Under the pieces are notes generated by a model. The model worked only from the letters and a program-made list of their open reading frames with translations. It was not told where the DNA came from and ran no database searches. A DNA stretch of 64,000 nucleotides from Cyanobacteriota bacterium (GTDB lineage Bacteria; Cyanobacteriota; Cyanobacteriia; PCC-6307; Cyanobiaceae), in the NCBI GenBank assembly GCA_046052125.1, contig JBJOMY010000002.1:384001-448000 (forward strand), written 5' to 3'. Positions 32,872 through 43,019 of the stretch are shown here, in pieces (within the stretch, counting starts at the first letter, position 1; the number at the start of each line of letters is the position of its first letter). The position numbers and the translations under genes are program-made.

Positions 32872-33591
32872 ATGTCTGTCGCCCTTGCTTCTCAACTGCG
32901 CGAAGGCACCAAGAAGTCGCACACGATGGCCGAGAACACCGGATTCGTGAGCTGCTTCCTCAAGGGGGTGGTGGATAAGGCCAGTTACCGAACCCTGGTG
33001 GCCGATCTCTACTTCGTTTACAGCGCCATGGAGGACGAGATCGGCCGGTTGCGCAGCGAAGGCCATCCTGTGGTGGGCCCTGTGGGCTTCCCCGAGCTCA
33101 ACCGCCGCGAGACCCTCGAGCAGGATCTTGCTTTCTATTTCGGGGACGGGTGGCGCAGCGCTGTCAAAGCCACACCGGCTGCTCAGGAGTATGTGGCGCG
33201 CATTCATCACGTGGCCCAGGAGGCTCCCGAGCTGCTGGTGGGCCACCACTACACCCGCTACATCGGCGATCTCTCTGGCGGCCAGATCCTCAAGAACATC
33301 GCGCAGAAGGCGATGAGCCTGGGCGAGCACGACGGCCTGCGCTTCTACGAGTTCGACGCCATCCCCGACGAGAAAGGCTTCAAGGCCAACTACCGCTCCA
33401 CCCTCGACGGTTTGCCGATTGACCAGGCCATGGCCGATCGCATCGTGGAGGAGGCCAACCATGCCTTCCACCTCAACATGAAGATGTTCCAGGAGCTCGA
33501 GGGCAACCTGGTGGCCGCCATCGGCAAGGTGCTGTTCGGCTTCCTCACCCGGCGGCAGCGGGCCGGCAGCACTGAGGCAGTGGCCGCCTGA
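32872..33591 (+). CDS. ho1: Heme oxygenase (biliverdin-producing)
   Basis: MSVALASQLREGTKKSHTMAEN, HHYTRYIGDLSGGQIL and EANHAFHLN. Confidence 0.97.
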   Translation: MSVALASQLREGTKKSHTMAENTGFVSCFLKGVVDKASYRTLVADLYFVYSAMEDEIGRLRSEGHPVVGPVGFPELNRRETLEQDLAFYFGDGWRSAVKATPAAQEYVARIHHVAQEAPELLVGHHYTRYIGDLSGGQILKNIAQKAMSLGEHDGLRFYEFDAIPDEKGFKANYRSTLDGLPIDQAMADRIVEEANHAFHLNMKMFQELEGNLVAAIGKVLFGFLTRRQRAGSTEAVAA

Positions 33592-33593
33592 TC

Positions 33594-34655
33594 TTGGGCG
33601 CCATCCGCTTTCTGGTTCCCGGCACCACCGGCAGGTTTCGCTGCGGCGGCCTGTTGGTTGAGCTGCAGACGGCCCGGCTGGTGTCTCAGGTTGCGCCTGT
33701 TGAGCTGGTCACCTACCGCCAGCGCGAGCCGGAGCATCCCTTTCTCGACGACCTGCTGCGCGCTGAGCCCCTGAGCGAGTCCCGGAAAGCCGATTCGCCG
33801 CTCTGGATTGTGAGCTGGGGTTTCGACGTGCCCATGCTGCTGCGCCGTTTGCGGGGCCGTGCCACCGCCTATCACGCCCACAGCAGTGGCTATGGCTTTG
33901 CACTGCCCCCGGGGGTGCCTGTGCTGGCGGTGAGCCGCAACACCCTGGGCTACTGGGGCGATCGCGCCCCGCGCAACCCGCTGTTCCTAGTGCCCAATGC
34001 CCTAGAGCCCCAATGGTTGGAGCGCGGGGCTCGCCCAGGCACTGCTGCCCAGGCGGCGCAACAGCCGGGCCCGCGGCCGATCGATGTGCTCATCCAGCAG
34101 CGCAAAACAAGCGCCTATGTGCTTGATCAGCTAGCGCCAGCTCTGCGTCAGCGCGGTCTTCGGGTGGAGGTGCAGAGCGGCTGGGTTGACGATCTGGTGG
34201 ATCTGTTCAACAGCGCCGCTGTTTATGTGTACGACTCTGCGGATTATTGGCGCGGCCGCGGTGTGAGCGAAGGCTTCGGTCTGCCGCCGGTGGAGGCACT
34301 GGCCTGCGGTTGCACTGTTTTCAGCAGCCTCAACCATGCCCTCGCCGACAGCCTCGATCCGGGGTTGCTGGCTCATCAGATTGGTTGCGGCACGCTGGAG
34401 ACTGATGTGGAGCGCATCGCAGCAGCCGTGGCCGACCCTGCCGCCTGGCAGGCACCACCCGTTGCGCTGGCTGCCCTGCTGAACCAGTTGCAGGAGCCGG
34501 TGCTGCTGGAGCGCTGGCAGCGGGCCCTAGCTCAGATCGATCACCACTGGCAGCGCTTGCTGGTGGAGCGAGCTCAGCCCCTTACGGCCCTGCCGCCCTG
34601 GCGCCTGCGCTGCCGCCAGCTGAAGGCAGCGTGCCGTCGCCGTTTGAGGCTCTGA
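33594..34655 (+). CDS. GT-B glycosyltransferase (GT4-like)
   Basis: EGFGLPPVEALACG (Ex7E) motif. Confidence 0.85.
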   Translation: MGAIRFLVPGTTGRFRCGGLLVELQTARLVSQVAPVELVTYRQREPEHPFLDDLLRAEPLSESRKADSPLWIVSWGFDVPMLLRRLRGRATAYHAHSSGYGFALPPGVPVLAVSRNTLGYWGDRAPRNPLFLVPNALEPQWLERGARPGTAAQAAQQPGPRPIDVLIQQRKTSAYVLDQLAPALRQRGLRVEVQSGWVDDLVDLFNSAAVYVYDSADYWRGRGVSEGFGLPPVEALACGCTVFSSLNHALADSLDPGLLAHQIGCGTLETDVERIAAAVADPAAWQAPPVALAALLNQLQEPVLLERWQRALAQIDHHWQRLLVERAQPLTALPPWRLRCRQLKAACRRRLRL

Positions 34656-35856
34656 TCAGCGCACCGGACAACATCGCGCCGAACAGCACGGTGAGCAGGG
34701 GAACCTTCAACACCCCCAGTTCAAACAGGTTGAACAGCAGCCCGTAGAGCAGTGGCGCAGTGAGCGCCATGGCCTTCGGGGTGTATTGCTGGCTCACCAC
34801 GCGACGACCGAGCAGCAGAGCGCCGATCAGCAGCATCGCCAGCCCGAGGCTGCCGGCCTCGGCCCACACCTGCAGTGGCAGGTTGTGGGCATGGCTGAGG
34901 GGCTTGGGTCGGCCAGGCAGGCGAACCGGGCATAACTCCCGCGCCCGCCCGTATCCCACGCCGTAGATCAAGCGGTTGTTGCCGCTCAAGGGCAGGCTGG
35001 CGTAGCAGCGCCAGAGGTCCAGCCGTCCCTTATCGCTGGTGCGGTTTTCTGTTCCGTAGAGCGCCGCCAGGTTCTGCCGCAGGCTTGGCCCCTGGGGGCT
35101 GGCCAGCCAGACCAGCGGGGCGCCGATCAACAAGGTCACCACCACAGCCATCACCAGCCCCCGCCACCGGAGCCAGCCGCCAAGCTTGCGGCGATGCTGC
35201 GTGCCCTGTTGGACCGCCCAGGCGATCAGCAGGCTGATGGGGATCAGGCCCACTCCCGCTCGCGAGTGGGTGGCCAGGGTCATCAAAGCGCACCCGCCAC
35301 TACCGAGGGCCAGGACCAGCTGGATGCCGCGCTGTGCGTGAGCGCCCTGGGGTGTTCGCCACAGCTGCAGAGCGGCCAAGCCGCTCACACACCCCAGCCC
35401 AGCCAGCAGAGCGGTTTGGTTGATCAGCAGAAATCCCAGCCTGTAGCCGATCTCTGATCCGTTGAGGTGCGGCCACACCGTTGCCGCTTGCCACAGGCCG
35501 CAACTGGCAACTGATAGACAGATGCCGCTCAGCGTGGTGCGCCAGCGCGGTAGGTGTAGGCCATTGCCTGCAAGTACTGCGGCGATCAACAGCACGTAGT
35601 CCACGTGCGACACTGGCCTTGGGCCCTCCCCCAACACGATTCCCCGCACGTTCAGCAGCAGGATCGCCAGCACGGCCACAGGCCAGAGCCGGTTTGGTCC
35701 CGGCGTGCTCACTGCCTGCTGGCCGATGCTCAGCACCACCCAGCTGAGGCTGAGGGCGGCGCTCAGGCGATCTCCCCCCTGCAGTAGCCCTGTTGAGGCA
35801 ATGGCCAGGGCTAACACCAGAGGTGTGGCGATGCCGATGCGTCGTGTCAGCGTCAT
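34582..35856 (-). CDS. O-antigen ligase / Wzy_C-family membrane protein
   Basis: ATHSRAG, GRLDLW, GVGYG and SHAHNLPLQVWAEAGSLG motifs with many TM segments; start at MTLTRR (35856). Confidence 0.82.
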   Translation of the reverse strand: MTLTRRIGIATPLVLALAIASTGLLQGGDRLSAALSLSWVVLSIGQQAVSTPGPNRLWPVAVLAILLLNVRGIVLGEGPRPVSHVDYVLLIAAVLAGNGLHLPRWRTTLSGICLSVASCGLWQAATVWPHLNGSEIGYRLGFLLINQTALLAGLGCVSGLAALQLWRTPQGAHAQRGIQLVLALGSGGCALMTLATHSRAGVGLIPISLLIAWAVQQGTQHRRKLGGWLRWRGLVMAVVVTLLIGAPLVWLASPQGPSLRQNLAALYGTENRTSDKGRLDLWRCYASLPLSGNNRLIYGVGYGRARELCPVRLPGRPKPLSHAHNLPLQVWAEAGSLGLAMLLIGALLLGRRVVSQQYTPKAMALTAPLLYGLLFNLFELGVLKVPLLTVLFGAMLSGALIRASNGDGTLPSAGGSAGARAAGP

Positions 35857-35961
35857 CGCCCCTGGTGAAGACCGTTTAAGGATCGCAGGCTGCTCGATGC
35901 CCCTTGTCCTGATCGAGAACTGATGGACCCGCGATAGGGTCCCACCAGCGCAGGCGGTGTT

Positions 35962-36756
35962 GTGAATCCACAGGTCGGACGGAAGGATCGCGTGGCCGCG
36001 GATGTGTTGGCTTGGATCACGGGCCGGCAACCGGTGCACGCAGCGGCTGTGCGCAATCTGTTGATCTATCCCCAGGCCGGTCTCGCTTACAACCGCATCA
36101 AAAAAAGCGGTAACTCCTCCATGCTTCTTTACCTGCGTGATGCCCTCGCGCCGGGCTCTCCGCAGGCTGCCCAGCCCTACAATCGTGCCAAGGGTGAGGC
36201 GATTGCGCTGGGGTGCACTATGCGCCAGCTGCTGCGCCGGCCGCGAGCTCTGCTGCGTCTGCCGCAGTGTTTTTTCTTCACGGTGATGCGTGATCCGCGG
36301 GCGCGCTTGCTCTCGGGTTTTCTGGAGAAGGTGGGTTCCGGTCATGCCCAGCGTTACAGCGCCGCCGGCGGCTTTGGAGATTCGTCACCGCAGGGGTTTG
36401 AACGTTTTCTCACCTATCTCGAACAGGGCGGTCTGCACGACGACGCCCATTGGTGGCCCCAGGTGGATCTGATGGCCTTCGCGCCTGAGCAATTCGATGC
36501 CATCTACCAGTTGGAAGCGATTGATCAGCATCTGCCGGCTCTGTTGCGTCAGCGCGGGTTGACCGTGGATGGGCTCGACTGCAGCCGCCCCCATCGGGTG
36601 GAGCAACAATTCATTGTTCCGGGCAAGCCGCCCAAACTCAAACAAGCTGCCAGCAAGCTGCAGCACTTTCTGGCCCCCGGCGTGGAGGAGCGCATCGTTC
36701 GTCTCTACGAGTCCGATTTCAAGGCTGGTGGCTATGCCATTGGTGTGATCGGCTGA
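35962..36756 (+). CDS. Sulfotransferase family 2 protein
   Basis: YNRIKKSGNSS, FTVMRDPRARLLSGF, DAHWWPQ and LYESDFKAGGY, typical of the carbohydrate sulfotransferase-2 family. Confidence 0.85.
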   Translation: MNPQVGRKDRVAADVLAWITGRQPVHAAAVRNLLIYPQAGLAYNRIKKSGNSSMLLYLRDALAPGSPQAAQPYNRAKGEAIALGCTMRQLLRRPRALLRLPQCFFFTVMRDPRARLLSGFLEKVGSGHAQRYSAAGGFGDSSPQGFERFLTYLEQGGLHDDAHWWPQVDLMAFAPEQFDAIYQLEAIDQHLPALLRQRGLTVDGLDCSRPHRVEQQFIVPGKPPKLKQAASKLQHFLAPGVEERIVRLYESDFKAGGYAIGVIG

Positions 36757-36876
36757 AGGCTCGATCAAGCTCGTGCAGCAGTAAGGGTCAATCGGTTCTC
36801 AGGCTGGCCACGTTCGTAAACGGCGGTCGCGGTCGCGGAATACCTTGCAATCAAGTGCTGCATGTGACTGGCCTCT

Positions 36877-38790
36877 GTGGATGTGTCGGCGCTCGCTGTC
36901 CAGGAGGTCACCGGTCCCGACGCCGGCCTGCACGCTTCCCATCGACGCCCTCCCCAAAAGACGCCGCTGAAGCTCCTCAACAGCCAGACCCTGCATCAGC
37001 TACGGGATCTGCTGAGCTATTTGCCGGCCCAGCGCCTGCGCGGCCTGGCTGTGCTGCTCGCCGTGTCGCTGGTGTTGGGCCTGTTCGATCTGGTGTTCAT
37101 TGGCCTGCTGGCCCGGTTGGTTGGCGCCTTGAGCGGCTCACGCCTCGCCGATCGCATCCCGCAGATCCTGGTGTTCGGTGGTAACAAGGCTGATCAGGGC
37201 ATCTGGATCGCGGCTTTGGTGATAGCTCTGGTGTGGCTCTCGATGGCGCTGCGCTATGGAGCTTCCTTGATTCAGAGTTTCCTGAGTGCGCAGATCTGGG
37301 CTGATTACGGCAATCGTATTTATGCCAATGTGTTGCTGCAGCCCTATGAATACTTTCAGACGCAAAATACGGCTCACCTCTTGGCGCGACTGAATCGCAT
37401 CCTCGGGCGCATTTCCGACGACCTGATTCTGCCGCTGCTCACAGTTGTTTCCAATGCCCTGTCTGTAGCGGTGCTCACTCTGGGCATTGTGGTCAGCTTT
37501 GGCTGGCCGGCGCTGTTGATCTTTGCTTTCCTGTTTGGCGCCTACACTCTTTCCTCGCAGCTGATTGCGCCACCGCTTCGTTTCGCCGCAAAGCAAAAGC
37601 TCAACTTCTCGTTGCGGGTTAATTCCTTATTGATGGAGTCCACCCGCTCCATTCGCGATGTTCAGCTCTATGGGGCAGAGTCGTATTACCTGGAGCGCTT
37701 TGAAGCGATTGGTGTGCGTGGCAAAAAATACGATCGCCTCACCAAGCTGTTGCCGGAGATCCCGCGCTATGTGATCGAGCCGGCTGGCATCACCGTGTTG
37801 TTTGCGGTGGGGTTGCTGCCAGCGTTGCTGCAGGGTGATTCCGGCAAGGTGCTGCGCGATGCCCTGCCCGCCCTGGCGGCGATCATGTTTGCCGCGCTCA
37901 AGTTGTCCGCGCCGATTCAGGCCATTTTTCGCTCGGTTAACAAGTTGCGCGGCGGCCTTCCCGACATCAGCGATGCCTTGATGTTGTTGGAGCTCAAGCC
38001 CCGGCGCCGTTTGCGGGGTGATGCCGCCACCCCGACGCCCAGTGGCGTGTTGCCCCGCACCACCATTCGCCTCGATCAGGTTTGGTATCGCTATCCCCAG
38101 TCGGCTGATTGGGTGATGCGAGGCGTGAGCTTGAGCGTTCCTGTTGGTTCGCGCGTGGCCCTTGTGGGAGCCACTGGTGGTGGCAAAACAACGGCGGCCC
38201 ATCTCCTGCTCGGTTTGTTGCAGCCTCAGCAGGGCAGCCTGCTGTTGGATGGAATTCCGGTGACCTCCGACGAGTTGCCGGCCTGGCAGGCCTGCTGCGC
38301 CATCGTTCCTCAGAACATTGCCCTGCTCGATGCCAGCATCCGTAGCAATGTGGCCTTCGGCATCGATGACCATTGCATCGAAGACGACCGCGTTTGGGAG
38401 GCGTTGGAGATGGCTCAGCTTGATGATTTTGTGGCTGAACTCCCCTATGGCTTCTACACGGTTGTGGGAGAGGATGGCATGCGCCTGTCCGGTGGCCAGC
38501 GGCAGCGTTTGGCACTGGCGCGAGCTTTCTATAAGCGGGCCAAGGTGTTGATCCTCGATGAGGCAACCAGCGCGCTGGACAACAAAACCGAAAACGATGT
38601 GCTCGAAGCGCTGGAGCTGGTGGGGCGCCGATGCACCACCGTGGTGATTGCCCATCGACTATCCACGATTCGCTATTGCGACCGCATCTTTGAGTTTGAA
38701 AAGGGGCGTGTGAAAGCTTCCGGCACTTATCAGCTGTTGCAGGAGCGCTCTGACACCTTCCGTCAGTTGGTGGCCCTTCAGGATGGCTGA
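36877..38790 (+). CDS. ABC exporter, fused permease/ATPase (PglK/HepA/MsbA-like glycan flippase)
   Basis: N-terminal TM domain, Walker A GATGGGKT, LSGGQRQR and ILDEATSALD. Confidence 0.9.
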   Translation: MDVSALAVQEVTGPDAGLHASHRRPPQKTPLKLLNSQTLHQLRDLLSYLPAQRLRGLAVLLAVSLVLGLFDLVFIGLLARLVGALSGSRLADRIPQILVFGGNKADQGIWIAALVIALVWLSMALRYGASLIQSFLSAQIWADYGNRIYANVLLQPYEYFQTQNTAHLLARLNRILGRISDDLILPLLTVVSNALSVAVLTLGIVVSFGWPALLIFAFLFGAYTLSSQLIAPPLRFAAKQKLNFSLRVNSLLMESTRSIRDVQLYGAESYYLERFEAIGVRGKKYDRLTKLLPEIPRYVIEPAGITVLFAVGLLPALLQGDSGKVLRDALPALAAIMFAALKLSAPIQAIFRSVNKLRGGLPDISDALMLLELKPRRRLRGDAATPTPSGVLPRTTIRLDQVWYRYPQSADWVMRGVSLSVPVGSRVALVGATGGGKTTAAHLLLGLLQPQQGSLLLDGIPVTSDELPAWQACCAIVPQNIALLDASIRSNVAFGIDDHCIEDDRVWEALEMAQLDDFVAELPYGFYTVVGEDGMRLSGGQRQRLALARAFYKRAKVLILDEATSALDNKTENDVLEALELVGRRCTTVVIAHRLSTIRYCDRIFEFEKGRVKASGTYQLLQERSDTFRQLVALQDG

Positions 38791-39958
38791 CATCACGTTG
38801 CTCTCCACGGCGGATTGGGACCAGCCGCTGTGGACCAACAAGCAGCACGTGGCCTGTGAGCTGGCGGTTTTGGGGCAGCGGGTGCTTTACGTGGAATCCC
38901 TGGGGTTGCGAGGTCTGCGTGCGGCTCGCCCTGGTGCCAAGGCGGATGGGCGGCGCGTGTGGCGCCGGCTTCGCCGCGCCCTGGGCCCGCCGCGGCAGGT
39001 GCGGCCCAATCTCTGGGTGTGGTCGCCCTTGGTGGTGCCTGGAGCTGCCGGCGGCTTGGCCCTGCAGCTCAATCGGTGGCTGCTGCGCTGGGGCCTAACC
39101 CGCGCCCAACGCAGCATCGGTTGGCGCCGTGATTGTCTGTGGACCTACAGCCCGATGACCCTGGCGGTGCTGCCCAAGCTGGATTACGGCCAGGTGGCTT
39201 ATCACTGTGTGGATGCGATCCAGGCCCAGCCCGAGATGCCGGCCGCAGCCATCAGCCACTGGGAGCAGTTGCTCTGCCGCCGCGCTGATCAGGTGTTTGT
39301 GACCTCCCCTGCGTTGCTGCGCAGCCTCAGCCCGCTCAACAGCCACACCCGCTTCTATCCCAACGTGGCCGACGGTGCTCATTTCGCCAAGGCGATGGAT
39401 CCGGGCTTGCCCATCGCCGCTGATCTGGTTGAGATCCCGGAGCCCCGCCTCGGTTTCGTGGGTGCGGTGAGCGGTTACAAGCTGGATCTGCCTTTGCTGG
39501 TTGATCTGGCCCGGCGCCGGCCCGAGTGGTCGCTGGTGTTGGTGGGGCCCGTGGGAGAGGGCGATCCCAGCACGGATGTGTCGGTGTTCCAGGGTCTGGC
39601 CAACGTGCATTTGCTCGGCCAGCGCCCCTACACGAGCCTGCCGGCCTACCTCAAGGGATTCCAGGTGGGGCTGTTGCCCCTGGGCTTCAACGCTTACACC
39701 CAGGCGATGTTTCCGATGAAATTCTTCGAATATCTCGCCGCCGGTCTGCCGGTGGTGGCCTCCGCCATCGACGCCTTGCAGCCCTATGGCGATCTGGCCC
39801 AGTTGGTGCCGGCCACGCCCGAGGCGTTTGAGCAGGCCATCGCCACCGCCCTCGCCGGTGGCGGTCCCAACCGTGAGCAGCGCCTGGCCGGTGCCGCGGC
39901 CCACACCTACCGGCGCCGCACCGAAGCGATGCTCGCCGACCTGGCTGCGGCCCCATGA
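38783..39958 (+). CDS. GT4 glycosyltransferase (TuaH-like)
   Basis: LLSTADW...WTNKQH, YHCVD and PMKFFEYLAAGLPVV. Confidence 0.88.
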   Translation: MADITLLSTADWDQPLWTNKQHVACELAVLGQRVLYVESLGLRGLRAARPGAKADGRRVWRRLRRALGPPRQVRPNLWVWSPLVVPGAAGGLALQLNRWLLRWGLTRAQRSIGWRRDCLWTYSPMTLAVLPKLDYGQVAYHCVDAIQAQPEMPAAAISHWEQLLCRRADQVFVTSPALLRSLSPLNSHTRFYPNVADGAHFAKAMDPGLPIAADLVEIPEPRLGFVGAVSGYKLDLPLLVDLARRRPEWSLVLVGPVGEGDPSTDVSVFQGLANVHLLGQRPYTSLPAYLKGFQVGLLPLGFNAYTQAMFPMKFFEYLAAGLPVVASAIDALQPYGDLAQLVPATPEAFEQAIATALAGGGPNREQRLAGAAAHTYRRRTEAMLADLAAAP

Positions 39959-41874
39959 CCCGCAGCCTCAGCATCGTGACGGTATGCATGAACCGCCGCG
40001 AGCACCTGTTGTACAGCGCTCAGCGGGTGGCTGCCTGGCCGCATCACCAGGAGCATCTGATCGTGGATTGGAGCAGTGCAATCCCGATCGATCACCGTGA
40101 TCTGCCTGCGGACCCCCGCCTGCGTCTGCTGCGCGTTGAGGGTGAGCAGGGCTGGAATCTGGCTCGGGCCTACAACTTCGCCTGCGCTCAGGCCCGGGGC
40201 GATTGTTTGTTCAAGCTCGATGCCGATTGCTGGCCCGAGCCCCAGCTTCACCCGCTGCAGTGGCTCCATGCCGGTCCTGTGTGTCAGATGGGCAGCGGGC
40301 CGGATGGGCGGCTGGGCCAATGGGTGCTCGACCGTGATCTCTTCGAGCGGGTGGGTGGTTTCAACGAGTTGATGCAGGGCTATGGCTTCGACGACAAGGA
40401 CCTGAAGGCCCGCCTGATCGCCCACGGGCAGGTGATGCCGCAGCCCCTGCCGCTGGAGGCGCTCGGGGTGCTCCGTCATTCGGTGCTGCTGCGGGCTGAA
40501 CCGGGCCGGGCTGCTGCTGGTGTGCGGGCGCTGGAGCGTGCCCAGGCGCTCAAACGCACCAGCTCCCTGGCCAATCGACTGGTGGCGGCTGCCTGCCCCT
40601 GGTCGGCCAGCTGGCCGCGCTCCCGTTATCGCCAAGATCCCGCTAAGGGCTATTGGCAGTTGGAGCCTGGCAGCGCTCCCCAGCTGCCGGATGCCGTCCG
40701 CCGGGACTGGTTGCGCCTGCGCCGTGACACCTTTTGGAGCGAACTTCTTTGGATTCCCGCTCCGTTGCTGCGGCAGCTGCCTCGGCGGTTGCTGCCGGCA
40801 GCAACCGCCGAGGGCTTTGCGATCAGGCCCTGGCTCTGGTTGTTCTGGGGCTGGCAGCGCCTCAGCGTTGCACCGTTGCTCTGGCTGCAGGCCACCAGCC
40901 GCACAGCCGCCAGCCGCCTGCGGCACAGCTGGCAGGGTGGGCGCCGTGGGCTGCGGCAGGGGTTGGCTGCGGGCTGCCGTTGGCTGCTTGACACACCGCT
41001 CGCGTGGCTGTTGCCGGCCCGGCTGCAGGCGCTGGGTCGAGAAGCCCGTGTGGATGCAGCCCTACGCCAGGGGCAACCGGTGGAGCTGATCTGGGCGGAT
41101 CTGCAGCTGTTGCTGCGCCGGCACGGCAGCGAGGCGGTGTTGCATCGCTTGCTGTTTCGGCGCGGGTATCGGCCGCGGCAGCCCGCGGATCAGGTGGCGT
41201 TGTTTGAGGCCATGGCCGCTGATGTCGTCGTGCCTGAGGTGCTGCGCGCCTATGCCCGGATCAGCCTGTCCTACCGCAGCCTCAAGGACGACAACCTGCT
41301 GCTGGCGCAGGCCTTGATCCCGGCGCTCAACGCCCAGGTGCAGGAGTTGCTGAGCGATCCAGAGAGCCTGCGCTGCCAGCGCTCCAACCGCCGCAACCGC
41401 TTCAAGCTGCTCGTGTCCACCCTGACTGCCCTCACACATCTGCAGCTGCTGCTGGGGGAGCAGAGCGGTTTGCAGGCGAGCGCCGATCGGCTCTGCGCAC
41501 TGCTCGAGCCGCATCCTTGGTTGGTGCTGCCAGCTGATGTGGCCTTTCGGCTACTCACGAATTCGTCGCGCTGTTTGGGTCTAGCGGCGCTTCTGTCCTG
41601 GCGCTGCCAGAACCGTGAGCGCCTGCAGGCGATCCTCTTGCTGCTCGATGCTCTGCAACGGGAGGCCTGGGCGGATCGTCACCGCCACAGCACTGCCCAG
41701 GAAAATCACCGCGCCTACGTGGCCCAGATGCGCTGGCGTGTCGCGGCGCTGCTTGAGCCCGCTGGTGCGTTCAACAATCGATTGCCCCAGGATCCCGGCC
41801 TGGTTGTTGGGCTGTGGGCCCTGAATGTGACCACGCCGGCCCTGCAGCAGCGGCTCGAGGCCCTGGTGTCATGA
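39955..41874 (+). CDS. GT-A glycosyltransferase (GT2/GT7-like) with a long unassigned C-terminal region
   Basis: IVTVCMNR, IVDWSS, KLDAD (DxD) and VGGFNELMQGYGFDDKDL. Confidence 0.78.
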   Translation: MTRSLSIVTVCMNRREHLLYSAQRVAAWPHHQEHLIVDWSSAIPIDHRDLPADPRLRLLRVEGEQGWNLARAYNFACAQARGDCLFKLDADCWPEPQLHPLQWLHAGPVCQMGSGPDGRLGQWVLDRDLFERVGGFNELMQGYGFDDKDLKARLIAHGQVMPQPLPLEALGVLRHSVLLRAEPGRAAAGVRALERAQALKRTSSLANRLVAAACPWSASWPRSRYRQDPAKGYWQLEPGSAPQLPDAVRRDWLRLRRDTFWSELLWIPAPLLRQLPRRLLPAATAEGFAIRPWLWLFWGWQRLSVAPLLWLQATSRTAASRLRHSWQGGRRGLRQGLAAGCRWLLDTPLAWLLPARLQALGREARVDAALRQGQPVELIWADLQLLLRRHGSEAVLHRLLFRRGYRPRQPADQVALFEAMAADVVVPEVLRAYARISLSYRSLKDDNLLLAQALIPALNAQVQELLSDPESLRCQRSNRRNRFKLLVSTLTALTHLQLLLGEQSGLQASADRLCALLEPHPWLVLPADVAFRLLTNSSRCLGLAALLSWRCQNRERLQAILLLLDALQREAWADRHRHSTAQENHRAYVAQMRWRVAALLEPAGAFNNRLPQDPGLVVGLWALNVTTPALQQRLEALVS

Positions 41875-43019
41875 GCCGGGTGCTTGTCTACATCGACTCG
41901 CTCAAGGCCGGCGGGGCCGAGCGGGTGGCTCTGCAGTTTGCCCTTTGGCTGCAGGAGGCGGGTCACCAGCCGCTGTTGCTCACGCGGCGTCCTTCTCGGG
42001 ACGACTTTTATCCCGTGCCCGCTGCTTTGGAACGCTGGATTGAGCCATCAGAGCCCCGGTGGCTGCGGCACCTGGGCTGGGCCGGTTTTCCCCTGCGCCT
42101 GCTGCGCCTGCGCCGCCTAGTGCAGCAGGCAGAGCCTGATCTGCTGTTGGCACTCACCACACTCCCGGCGGTGAAGGTCTTGCTGGCAACACTCGGCCTG
42201 GGGCTGCCGGTGGTGGTGTCGGAGCGCAACTACCCCCCTGCCAAGCCACCGCCCCTGCCCTGGCGCTGCTTGCGCCGGCTCACCTATCCACGCGCCGCCT
42301 TGCATCTGGTGCAAACCGAGCAGATCGCCCGCTGGTTGGAGCAGCAGCGGCTGGCGCGTTGCACCAGCGTGCTCGCCAATGCCGTGAGCTGGCCACTGCC
42401 TGCTTTTGCCCCTGAGTTGTTGCCCGCTGCCTGGCTGGAGCGGGAGCAGCGGCTGCTGCTGGCGGTGGGCACCAAGGCCCACCAGAAGGGCTTTGATTGG
42501 TTGGTGCAGGCCTTCGCCGCTTTAGTTGAGCGGCATCCGGAGTGGCGGCTGGTGATTCTTGGCCTCACACCTGATGCTTACCGCGGTGAAGACCAGTGCG
42601 CAGCCTTGATGGCCGGGTTGCCGCCTCGGCATCCAGCCCGATCGCGGATCCTGTTCCCAGGCCGGGCCGGCAATGTGGCCGATTGGTATGGACGGGCGGA
42701 CTTGTTCGTACTCAGTTCCCGCTACGAGGGATTTCCCAACGTGTTGCTGGAGGCCATGGCCAGTGGCGTGGCCTGCCTGGCCATTGATTGCCCTACCGGG
42801 CCCTCCGACCTGATCGCCGATGGTGAAAATGGCCGCTTGGTGCCCCTCCATTCGAGCGATCAGGTGGGCGATCTAGCGGCTGGCCTCGATTGCCTGATGG
42901 GTGAGCCACAAATGAGGGCCCGTTTGGGCCAAGCCGCCAGGGCAGTACGGGAGCGTTTCAGTCCCAACCAGCAGCGCCAGCGCTTTTTGGAGTTGCTGGA
43001 TCCTTGGCTGAGCTCATGA
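41871..43019 (+). CDS. GT4 glycosyltransferase
   Basis: GGAERV, VSERN and FVLSSRYEGFPNVLLEAMASG. Confidence 0.92.
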   Translation: MSRVLVYIDSLKAGGAERVALQFALWLQEAGHQPLLLTRRPSRDDFYPVPAALERWIEPSEPRWLRHLGWAGFPLRLLRLRRLVQQAEPDLLLALTTLPAVKVLLATLGLGLPVVVSERNYPPAKPPPLPWRCLRRLTYPRAALHLVQTEQIARWLEQQRLARCTSVLANAVSWPLPAFAPELLPAAWLEREQRLLLAVGTKAHQKGFDWLVQAFAALVERHPEWRLVILGLTPDAYRGEDQCAALMAGLPPRHPARSRILFPGRAGNVADWYGRADLFVLSSRYEGFPNVLLEAMASGVACLAIDCPTGPSDLIADGENGRLVPLHSSDQVGDLAAGLDCLMGEPQMRARLGQAARAVRERFSPNQQRQRFLELLDPWLSS

